Assembly (NCBI GenBank): GCA_965240325.2
Contig: OZ251234.1
Span: 434,001 to 498,000, forward strand
DNA: 64,000 nt
Source of the DNA: Rebecca billardiae RCC1528
Taxonomy: Eukaryota; Protista; Haptophyta
Reading direction: 5' to 3'
Every line of letters starts with the position of its first letter. The first letter of the stretch is position 1. The notes beneath the pieces are model-generated. The model was not told where the DNA came from and ran no database searches. It saw only the letters and a program-made list of their open reading frames with translations. The translations under genes and the position numbers were made by a program. This document shows positions 33,462 through 42,906 of the stretch, piece by piece.

Positions 33462-33835
33462 CAGGCGTGGTTCACCTGTCGGCGTGGCGCCCGCGGCACC
33501 CGCCACCGCCGCCTGCCATGCCACAGGGCGAGGCTCAGGCTGACCGGACCCACCGCTGTCACTCAGCGCTAGTAAATAAGTAATGCTGCTGCTGATGAGC
33601 ACTGCTAAGCAGTAGGTAGGCAGTTGCCGGGTGATGTACACTCAGCACAGTACATACTACAGCAGTCGTAATACCACGACTGCGCTATATTACGTATACG
33701 GTGTCGTCAATCATGATACTCGCTGATCAATGTCGCGTCGCCGCAGCGAGTACCGCTAGCGCCGCCGGCTATGTGTTACTGTTCACGAGTAGACCTCGAT
33801 CGCCGTTAGACGCTCAGACGATCATCGCGACTATA

Positions 33836-35445
33836 TGACCGCGTTCCGCGGTCCTTTTCTGCATAGAATCAACGCAGTTGGGGGCCCGCGGTGGCCGAGT
33901 GCTATCGCGTCACTCTCCGCCGTGGCCAGTTCGCCAGCATGAGCAGTTGAAGTACGGTTCTGCAGTCCGACCGTCGCCTGCCTGCGACTTCGAGACTCAC
34001 TCACTCGAACACTTCACAGCAGCGCGAGACTCTAATCACAGCAGCGGACCTGAGACCGCACCGGTCAAATCGGACGTCCGTCTGACAACTAGCTGCCAAA
34101 TGTCCAACTGGCTGATCAATCAGCTCGGATCCGGGCGACCCGTCCGCGGTCGTGCCGAGTGAGTCGTGCCGCAGAGCTCGCGGCGGACTAGTCGGAGTAC
34201 TGAAGGAGTCGGGTGTGACAGCAGGGTGCTTTAGCGCTGCGGCCCGTACCAGCCAACAACCAGACGTACTCTGGCCACTTGACCCGTTGCACGGGTGAGG
34301 GACCGTACGCCCTCAGCGGGCCAGTGACTGGCAGTCGAAAAATGCTACGTTGTCGTTGATTGCAACTAGGGCTGGGCGATCAGGCGGCCGGGCGCGACGA
34401 GCCGAGCGGATTGGTGCACGGGAGATCCAATACGGCAATTCCCCGTGCACCGATCCAATCCGCTCGTCGTCAGGTGGCGCCGTTGCTGAGATCGAGCTGC
34501 AAACCCCTCAGCAGGTGGGCACTAGTGAAGGAAACTGGGAGGGCTGCCCGGCAGCGCGCGCCGCGGTGGGAAGAGAGAAGACTTGCCTCCCATCTGCAGC
34601 TGTGGCAGCGTTCCCTCTCGCGGCGGTGGAAGCCGACGACGAGGAGGATTCTGACGACGCAATTGTCGACGACTGCTGGGAAGCCGCTGTGCTGACACTG
34701 TGCCGTGTGCACGCAGCTGCTCAATGGTAAAATGCTACCGCGCGGCGCCGCGCGACCGTCGGGTGATGGAGAGCGGATGGCGACAGCAGCAGCAGTCCTC
34801 ATGAAGACGATGAAGCTGGCGGCACGGGTGCACGAGGTGGCAGGCGAAAACGCGCCGACGAGACCGCATTTGACACACCTGAGCCGCACGCGCGTGCTGG
34901 CGCCGAGCGCGTGAGCGCTGCAAACCGAAACGCAACTACCGCGCGCGCCACGACGGCGCGGCACTAGCTGATGCAGGCCGTACTGCCGGCACTGCTTCTG
35001 CGATCATGCGCCACGGTCGCAGCTGACTGCGTGAGCAGCAAGCGGGAGGCGGGTCCGGAGGCACGTGCAGGCGCGCTCAGCCAAGGGGTTGGGAGCCTCC
35101 CGCATCCGCCATCGTGCCGGCCACGTCACCTCCGATCCGGATGTGGCCCAGTCCGGACGTCACGCGATCCGGGACGACGAATACGATTCGCTCGTAACGA
35201 ACCGTTACACTAAAGTCACGGCCAGGCTCTACCGTCCACCGATTACATAGGCAGAATTGGCGGACGCGCTTTTTTTCGGCCTAATAGACCTCTCTATGCG
35301 ATCTCAAAAACTCGAAACTCGGTCTCCGCCAGCCCTAAAAATCGCCCCCCGTCCCTTTTTTCTTGATCAAAGATCTTTTTGAAACGTGGTTCGGGCCCGC
35401 TGGTGTGGGCTCCACGCTGCGCGCTCCGCCCTGCACCGCGGGCCA
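33836..35445. mobile_element. copy 2 of TA-adjacent TSD-less element
   Basis: ctaTA|TGACCGCGTTCCGCGGTCC ... GCACCGCGGGCCA|ttatt; interior homologous to copy 4. Confidence 0.85.
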
Positions 35446-35854
35446 TTATTAGAATATTATTATTAGATCAAGTCCGTCTGTACATTGTTACTAGCAGTAG
35501 CCGCTTATTATTAAGGCGGAGCCTACTGGCCCGCGGTGCAGGGCGGAGCGCGCAGCGTGGAGCCCGCACCAGCGGGCCCGAACCACGTTTCAAAAAGATC
35601 TTTGATCAAGAAAAAAGGGACGGGGGGCGATTTTTAGGGCTGGCGGAGACCGAGTTTCGAGTTTTTGAGATCGCATAGAGAGGTCTATTAGGCCGAAAAA
35701 AAGCGCGTCCAGCTGATTCCCTTAAGTAAAGTGCGATCTGGACGTCAGCTGGACGTGACATTAGTGTAACGGTTCGTTACGAGCGCGATTTTAAGTATGA
35801 GATTGCCGCCAACCGCCAATAACCGATAAAAACGGCAAGGCAAGGGCTCGGGAA

Positions 35855-36703
35855 GACCAGTTGCACGCGTGAGCGCCGAAAAAACGACACTTTGGCAGTG
35901 ATAGTCACCGTCGCCGCCTCGGGCATGCCGCTGCCGCCGGCAGCAGCGGCAGCGGGAGCGTGGCAGCGGATCTACCACCTTCTGCGTTACACGCTGCGTC
36001 GTGCGCGCCAGGTGGCAGGTGTCCCCCGGTGTCTGCCGCGCGGAAGGCAGCGGTCGGCGAGCGCAGAGGTGAGAAGGAAGGCGCGCACGCATCGTGAGAG
36101 CTTCAGCAGCTTGCCCACGCGCTTCACGTAGGCGGTGTGGTTGCGTGCGCACGCCTTCTGTACCCGTACACGCGATCGCAGCGTGAGCCACTCCAGCCTG
36201 CCTGCGCATCGCGGGCCGAGCCGCCGGCGCCTCGTCTCCTGAATCCTCGTTCACGAGGACAGCACGTGTATGTATCCGCGGCGCGCTCGCTGCCGATGGC
36301 GGCTCCCCGTGTCGAGGGCGTTTGGCTGGAGCCGCATCCAGGGCATATATCGTCACGGTCCCACCCGATGCTGACGCTGAGGTGGCACGCTTGCCGAAGG
36401 CAGCAGCATTGGCTGATGCCTTCTGCATTGGCCACCTCTGCACTCCCGCGCGTTCACGCTGCCGGCGCGCGGGCGGCGTCGCTTGGTGGGCACCTGCCTT
36501 GGGTTTTGTCGTTCGTTCTCAGCGACGGTTGGGTCGATTGACATGCCGATTGGATTGGGGCATTGCGAATCGGCTTCGCAATGCCCCATTCCGCTCGGAT
36601 CGGCGCGGGCGTCAGCCATGCGGCAGCGCGAGTGACAAAACCGACATTTCATACGCATGTCGTTTTTTCATACGCTCACGGTTACTCACCCGTGCAACGG
36701 GTC
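35855..36703. mobile_element. MITE with GACC-starting TIRs and 4-bp GGAA TSD
   Basis: GACCAGTTGCACGCGTGAG / CTCACCCGTGCAACGGGTC; GGAA on both sides; empty site GGGCTCGGGAAATTTGATC at ~38111-38129. Confidence 0.8.
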
Positions 36704-36735
36704 GGAAACTTGATCACTTCTAAATGTGAATAGTA

Positions 36736-38021
36736 TGACCGCGTTCCGCGGTCCTTTTCTGCATAGAATCAACGCAGTTGGGGGCCCGCGGTGGCCGTGC
36801 AATCGCGGCTCTCCGCCGTAGTGGCAGTTCGCCAGTTGAAGTCGGTTCTGAGATGACTGAAGCTATATTAGTCCGACCGTCGCCCTGCCTGCGCGACCGC
36901 GAGACTCATTCACACTTCACACAATCACAGCAGCGGACCTGAGACCGCACCCGGCACCGGTCGTCAAATCGGACGTCCGTCTGACAACTAGCTGCCAAAT
37001 GTCCAACTGGCTGATCAGCTCGGATCCGACCCGTCCGCGATCGTGCCATCGGCATCGGAATTACTACTAGTAGCTGCCAAACTGTGTCCAACTCTGGCTG
37101 ATCAGCTCGGATCCGACCCGTCCGCGATCGTGCCGAGTGAGTCGTGCCGCGGAGCTCGGAGTACTGAAGGAGTCGGGTGTGACAGCAGGGTGCTTTAGCG
37201 CTGCGGCCCGTGCCAGCCAACGACCAGACGTACTCTGGCCACTTGACCCGTTGCACGGGTGAGTGACCGTGGCGCCCTGCCTAGTGCCTACCGCGCGCGC
37301 CGCGCGACCGGCGACTCGGGGTGATGGAGAGCGGATGGCGACAGCAGCAGCAGTCCTCATGAAGACGATGAAACTGGCGGCACGGGTGCACGAGGTGGCA
37401 GGCGAAAGCGCGCCGACGAGACCGCATTTGACACACCTGAGCCGCACGCGCGTGCCGTCCGGCCGAGGCGGCGAGCGCTGCAAACGCGCAACCGTACCGC
37501 GCGCGCCACGACGGCGCGGCACTAGCTGATGCAGGCCGTACTGCCGGCACTGCTTCTGCGATCATGCGCCACGGTCGCAGCTGACTGCGTGAGCAGCAAG
37601 CGGGAGGCGGGTCCGGAGGCACGTGCAGGCGCCGTCCCGCATATCCGCCATCGCCCATCGTGCCGGGGCACGTCACCTCCGACGATCCGGATGTGGCCCA
37701 GTCCGGACGTCACGCGATCCGGGAAGACGAGTACGATTCGCTCGTAACGAATCGTTACACTAATGTCACGTCCAGCTGACGTCCAGATCGCACTTTACTT
37801 AAGGGAATCAGCTGGGCGCGGTTTTTTTTGGCCTGATAGACCTCTCAATGCGATCTCAAAAACTCGAAACTCGGTCTCCGCCAGCCCTAAAAATCGCCCC
37901 CCGTCCCTTTTTTTCCGCCGCCCCCCGTCCCTTTTTTCTTGATCAAAGATCTTTTTGAAACGTGGTTCGGGCCCGCTGGTGCGGGCTCCACGCTGCGCGC
38001 TCCGCCCTGCACCGCGGGCCA
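36736..38021. mobile_element. copy 4 of TA-adjacent element, nested in copy 3
   Basis: tagTA|TGACC...GGCCA|aaatgctct; uninterrupted site TGTGAATAGTAAAATGCTCTCCCC at ~38139-38162. Confidence 0.87.
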
Positions 38022-38280
38022 AAATGCTCTCCCCGACGGCGCGCCTGTCGCCTCGCAGGCCGCAGTATGAGATTGCCGCCAACCGCCAACCGATAAAAAC
38101 GGCAAGGCAAGGGCTCGGGAAATTTGATCACTTCTAAATGTGAATAGTAAAATGCTCTCCCCGAGCGCGCCTGTCGCCTCGCAGGCCGCGCGTCTCAGCG
38201 CCCTCTCGCTCCGCTCTCCCCGAGGCTGAGCTCGCGGCCCGCCTGTCACCTCGCAGGCGCGCGCCACGGACACATGCGCG

Positions 38281-39114
38281 ACGAGATCGCGGCGGGGGCG
38301 GCGAGATCGCGGCGGGGGCGACGGGCAACAACCTGCCCGCGGGCGCGTTCGTCACTCGAGGAGCAGCGCGCAAGGGCGAGCCGAGTCCGGAGCACGCGAG
38401 CTCGTCGCTCGCCGACCGGAGCAGAGCGCGCCGCCCGCCGCCGCCGAGCGACTAGCGAGCGGCGCGGCAGAGCTGATGAGCCGGATGCGCCCGGAGCTCG
38501 CGCGGCTGAAGGGCGAGCACGAGCACGCGAGCTCGCGCCTCGACGCCGAGCGCGAGCTCCTCCTCAACTCGGTCGACGGCGGCGCGGAGGTCCGGCAGCA
38601 GCGTGAGGACTCACAGACAGTGTGAGTGAGCCGCGCGCAGCTCAGCCTGCCGCTGGCAGCCGTCGTCTTCGAGGCCGACGCGGCGGAGGAGGCGGCGGGC
38701 AACGAGATCGCGGCGGGGGCGGCGAGATCGCGGCGGGGGCGACGGGCAACAACCTGCCCGCGGGCGCGTTCGTCACTCGAGGAGCAGCGCGCAAGGGCGA
38801 GCCGAGTCCGGAGCACGCGAGCTCGTCGCTCGCCGACCGGAGCAGAGCGCGCCGCCCGCCGCCGCCGAGCGAGCGGCGCGGCAGAGCTGATGAGCCGGAT
38901 GCGCCCGGAGCTCGCGCGGCTGAAGGGCGAGCACGAGCACGCGAGCTCGCGCCTCGACGCCGAGCGCGAGCTCCTCCTCAACTCGGTCGACGGCGGCGCG
39001 GAGGTCCGGCAGCAGCGTGAGGACTCACAGACAGTGTGAGTGAGCCGCGCGCAGCTCAGCCTGCCGCTGGCAGCCGCCGTCTTCGAGGCCGACGCGGCGG
39101 AGGAGGCGGCGGGC
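38281..39114 (+). repeat. ~420-bp tandem duplication of coding-like cargo inside copy 3
   Basis: 38281-38701 and 38702-39114 nearly identical. Confidence 0.85.
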
Positions 39115-40635
39115 GAGCACGGCGGCGCGGTGGAGCAGGCGCGCACGCGCGGCGGCAGGCGCGACGCGCCGCTCGCCTCGTTCCACCGCCCCGAGCTCCG
39201 CTCGGTCGGTCTCGGTGCGCGGCTGCGCAGCCGGCAGGCCGGCGGGCCAGCAGTCTGCAGTGGCGCGCGCTCTCGCTCTGCCGGCACGAGGCGTGCCGGC
39301 TGAGCGACCAGCGGCCCGTCGTCGAGCGCATGGCGCAGGGCGAGTACCTCAAGCAGGTGCGCCCGCTCGCGCGCACGCGCCGGCTCGCGACCAGCGGCCC
39401 TTCGTCGAGCGCATGGCGCAGCGCGAGCACCTTGCAAGCTGAAGCAGGTGCGCCCGCACGCGCGCACGCGCCGGCCCGGCGCCGCGCGGCGCCTCTCGCC
39501 CTCTCGCCCTGCGCGCGCCGCCGCCCCGCTTCCCCGCGCGGCGAGTCCGAGACTCGGTCTCGGGTCTGACTCTCCCTCTCAGAGTGGCTTAGAACTGTCT
39601 TTCTGACTCGGACTGACTGACTCGTCAGTCTCATTCTCAACTGCACTGCGCCGCGGGCCCCGAACTGCGTTGGTTCTACGGAAAAGGACCGCGGAACGCG
39701 CGGTCATATATATATATATAATTAAGACGACTACTTAATCGGCGACTATAAATAAGCGGAGTATACCCCAGGAGGAGTAGGACCCAACATGATGATGACG
39801 ATATTATAACGACTTGATGGGCCGAGCAATCGGCGCGCACGTCAGAGAGTGTCAGAGAGACAGAGACAGCCAGACGTGAGACGAGTCGCGACTGACGAGC
39901 TCCACGACTGACGTTTTGCCCGGACACGCCATCAGCGTGAGCGACGCGCTCGGGCTAGTCGTCGTCGGACAACCAACAGCACTGAGGGGTCACGGCGACG
40001 ACAGCGCACAGGGCGGGCTAGTCGGCGGGACGTACGCCGGCGGTACGGCATTCGCGACTCCATCAACCGTTGGCGAGCGCGCGGTGGCAGCGGCGCGCTG
40101 GTCGCACCTGCAACGCCCTGCTAAGGCACCGCGGCCACCGCGCTGCTGGCCACGCCCCCGGCTCGCGCCGCAGCGGGCGCGCGTAGCTTGGCACTGGCGC
40201 AACTGGCGTGGCGTGCGGCAGCGCGGTGGCACTCGGGGCGATGGCGTTGACGATGCTAGGTTGCCCCATCGCCACAGCCCGCTCGAAGCCCTGCGCCACG
40301 CCGCTTTCCTCCGCCTCACGCCGCGCAGCGCCGCAGTCGTACAAATCACGACCGTCGTCGAGTGAGGTCGCCTCTGGAAGGCCGTCATCGGCATCAGAAG
40401 AGAAGGTCTCGTCGTGTGAGTTGTCGTTGAGATCTCAGGCATCATTCGCGCCCGCGGCCGCCCTCGCGCGCGCCCCCTACGCGCCGTCAGAGCTCACGCG
40501 CGCCGGGGCGCCATCGAAGATACGCTAGCGTATCTTCCCCGCGGCCAACAAAGAGATAGCGTCGCGCAGATGACGATGGTGTTCCCCGCCGTCATGGCCC
40601 AGCGAGGACGCATTGGCTGTTGCATCCGCAATTCG

Positions 40636-41493
40636 TCACGTCTTGCGCGCGCACACGACCACCATGGGATCACGCTGACCCACCCAGCCGTCCGGTGACA
40701 CATCTGCGACCTCGATGGCAGCCCACTGCGCAGAGTAGCGGTAGTAGCTTGCAACGAGCTGCGCGTGCGCGACGTCGGTGAAAGGGCGCGTCCAGCGGCG
40801 CACGACTTTGCTCGGGAAGCAGCGGTTGGTGAACGCCATGCACGCCATGCCCCCGGGCGCCAGCACACGGTGTATCTCGGCAAAGAGCTCGAGTGGGCGC
40901 GTCATGTAGTCCACAGAGAGCGAGAGCGTCACGGCATCGAAGGCGCCATCGTCAAAGGGGAGCTGCGGCTCGAGGTTGAGGTTCTGCACGCGCCACTCGG
41001 TCTTCGACGGGTTCGCGAGGAGCTCGAGCGCGTTGAGCCCGAGGGCCACGCAGCGCGAAGCCCGGTAGTCGGGTGGGAAGTGCGACGTCCAGCTGCTGCA
41101 CAGATCGAGCACGCGCCCGTTAGGCGGCAGGACCGCGCCGTAGAAGGCGCGGAGCTCAGCTCGCGCCTCGTCGCCCGCGTGCTGTACGAAGCGCGGGATC
41201 ACATAGAAGAGCTCGTCGCGCGATCCGTCCTCGCGCGACAGGTCGTTCTCGTCGTACGGAAACTCGGCAGGCCAGTCGATGCCGTCAAGAGCGCGCGAAA
41301 TCGGCGAGAGCTTCGCGTTGGGCACGACAGTTCCGCAGATCGTGAGCGAGGCATGCACGCCGGAAGCACGGCCCTTGCTGGAAGGCACGGCTCCCGATGT
41401 GGGCAGGCGCCGATGAGCGCGCATAGGGATCGAGTGGCCGTGCACCGACGCCAGCGCCGACAAGACGACGACGCGCGCCGGCCATCGCATCAT
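40636..41493 (-). CDS. class I SAM-dependent methyltransferase (type 11-like), probably plastid-targeted
   Basis: FYVIPRFVQH, VLDLCSSWTSH, LGLNALEL, LPFDDGAFDAV, SVDYM, FTNRCFP; N-terminal signal peptide. Confidence 0.88.
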   Translation of the reverse strand: MMRWPARVVVLSALASVHGHSIPMRAHRRLPTSGAVPSSKGRASGVHASLTICGTVVPNAKLSPISRALDGIDWPAEFPYDENDLSREDGSRDELFYVIPRFVQHAGDEARAELRAFYGAVLPPNGRVLDLCSSWTSHFPPDYRASRCVALGLNALELLANPSKTEWRVQNLNLEPQLPFDDGAFDAVTLSLSVDYMTRPLELFAEIHRVLAPGGMACMAFTNRCFPSKVVRRWTRPFTDVAHAQLVASYYRYSAQWAAIEVADVSPDGWVGQRDPMVVVCARKT

Positions 41494-41766
41494 CGCAAGC
41501 GAGGGACGCTCACCACTCTCCCAGGCCGCGCGCGGCTGTACACCTACTACTTTTGAATACAATGGGGTACAATCACAATTCTGTATCTAGTCGTACTTTA
41601 CGTATACAGTTTGCCAATATGGGCGGGGTACCGACGAAGAGTAACTACTGTGAGCGATGATGTATTATTCTAAGGTAAATGACGATCGATGGCAGAGTAG
41701 CTAGTTGATCATCAAGAGGCGACACCCGGTGGGCCCACGCAGCCTGCCGCGCCATCCGCTCCGAGC

Positions 41767-42855
41767 CTACGACGCGCCCGGGTGTTCGAGGAGCCTCGAG
41801 CTCAGGTGTTCGTGCAGGTCGTCGGCCGTCCACTCGGGCCCGCCCAGCTCGCGCAGCAGCTGCGCGCTCACCGGGCAGCCATGCTCGAGCATCCAGAGCG
41901 CCTGGTCGTATCGGCCGGCGTGGAAGGCGTACGCGAGGGCGAGCGACGACGTGGGCACGAAGCCGTGCCGGCTGAGCCACTCCATCGACTCGAGCTGCCC
42001 GCTGAGCGCCGCCCACTCGTAGAAGCGGCCGTCGTCGCCCTGCGGCTGCTGCACGTCCACCAGCGAGCCGGACGCGCACAGCCACATCAGCACCTCGGCG
42101 TGCTCGGGCTGCCACGTGCTGGCGAGCACGCCCTCGAGGACGTGCGAGCACTCGAATCGGTGCGCGAACAGCCACTCCAGCGCGCCGAGCTGCGCGCACG
42201 CCGCCGCCGCCTTGGCGATCGCCGGCTCCAGCATCGGCGGCCGGCCGTCGCGCCGCCACAGCAGCTCGAGCATCTCCGGCCCCCCGCCCTGCGCTGCGAG
42301 GATCCAGGTCTCGCAGTCGAAGGCGCAGCCGTGGCGGAGGGCAAAGGAGAGACACGCGAGACTCCCCGCGGCCGCGGCGCTCTCGCAGGTCTGCCGGCAC
42401 CAATCCGCGCCGTGTCGGCGCGCGAGCGCGAGCACATCGACGCGGCTCGCGCCTGCCGCGGCCGCGCACACGCCGCCCCAGCGCACGCCGGCCGAGTGCA
42501 GGTGCGCGATCATGTCGAAGGGCGCGTGGCGTGCGAAGAGCGCCATCGGGTCGGCTAGCCGCAGCCCGTGCGCGCACGCCCACGCGTACCGCTCGGGCGA
42601 TCGGAGGAAGGGCAGGAGCACCGTGCGGAAGCGGCCTGCGCCGCGCGCGCCCAGCACACGCCGGAGCCGGCGGCACGTGAGCGCGATGGGGAACGCCTCG
42701 CCCTCGAAGTCGACGAATGAGAGCACGTGGCAGAGCTCGTCATCACCGAGCACGCCCAGCAGCGAGCTTTCGCGTAGCCGGCGCGCGCCCCGGGTGAGCA
42801 TCCCACGCGTGAGCTTGCAGCAGATTACCAGTCGGTCACCGCTCCACACGCTCAT
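41767..42855 (-). CDS. F-box-like plus ankyrin-like repeat protein
   Basis: LLGVLGDDELCHVLSFV...ALTCRRLR; repeats of C..AA..G.L..L.W/F...HGC. Confidence 0.7.
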   Translation of the reverse strand: MSVWSGDRLVICCKLTRGMLTRGARRLRESSLLGVLGDDELCHVLSFVDFEGEAFPIALTCRRLRRVLGARGAGRFRTVLLPFLRSPERYAWACAHGLRLADPMALFARHAPFDMIAHLHSAGVRWGGVCAAAAGASRVDVLALARRHGADWCRQTCESAAAAGSLACLSFALRHGCAFDCETWILAAQGGGPEMLELLWRRDGRPPMLEPAIAKAAAACAQLGALEWLFAHRFECSHVLEGVLASTWQPEHAEVLMWLCASGSLVDVQQPQGDDGRFYEWAALSGQLESMEWLSRHGFVPTSSLALAYAFHAGRYDQALWMLEHGCPVSAQLLRELGGPEWTADDLHEHLSSRLLEHPGAS

Positions 42856-42906
42856 GATCTGAGATCATGAAGAATCCGGCCGTCAACCAGACGTCCAGAG
42901 GTATGC

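Larger units (their letters stand above)
35527..39706. mobile_element. copy 3 of TA-adjacent element (inverted orientation), host to nested insertions
   Basis: TGGCCCGCGGTGC at 35527; GGACCGCGGAACGCGCGGTCA|TATA at 39706. Confidence 0.8.

Noticed and set aside
33836-39706. CRISPR-like or regularly spaced repeat array
   Set aside because: Repeats are transposon termini and irregular duplications, not repeat-spacer units; no cas genes
39990-40620. coding-like acidic stretch on the minus strand
   Set aside because: Interrupted by stops with no identifiable family; at most a pseudogene fragment
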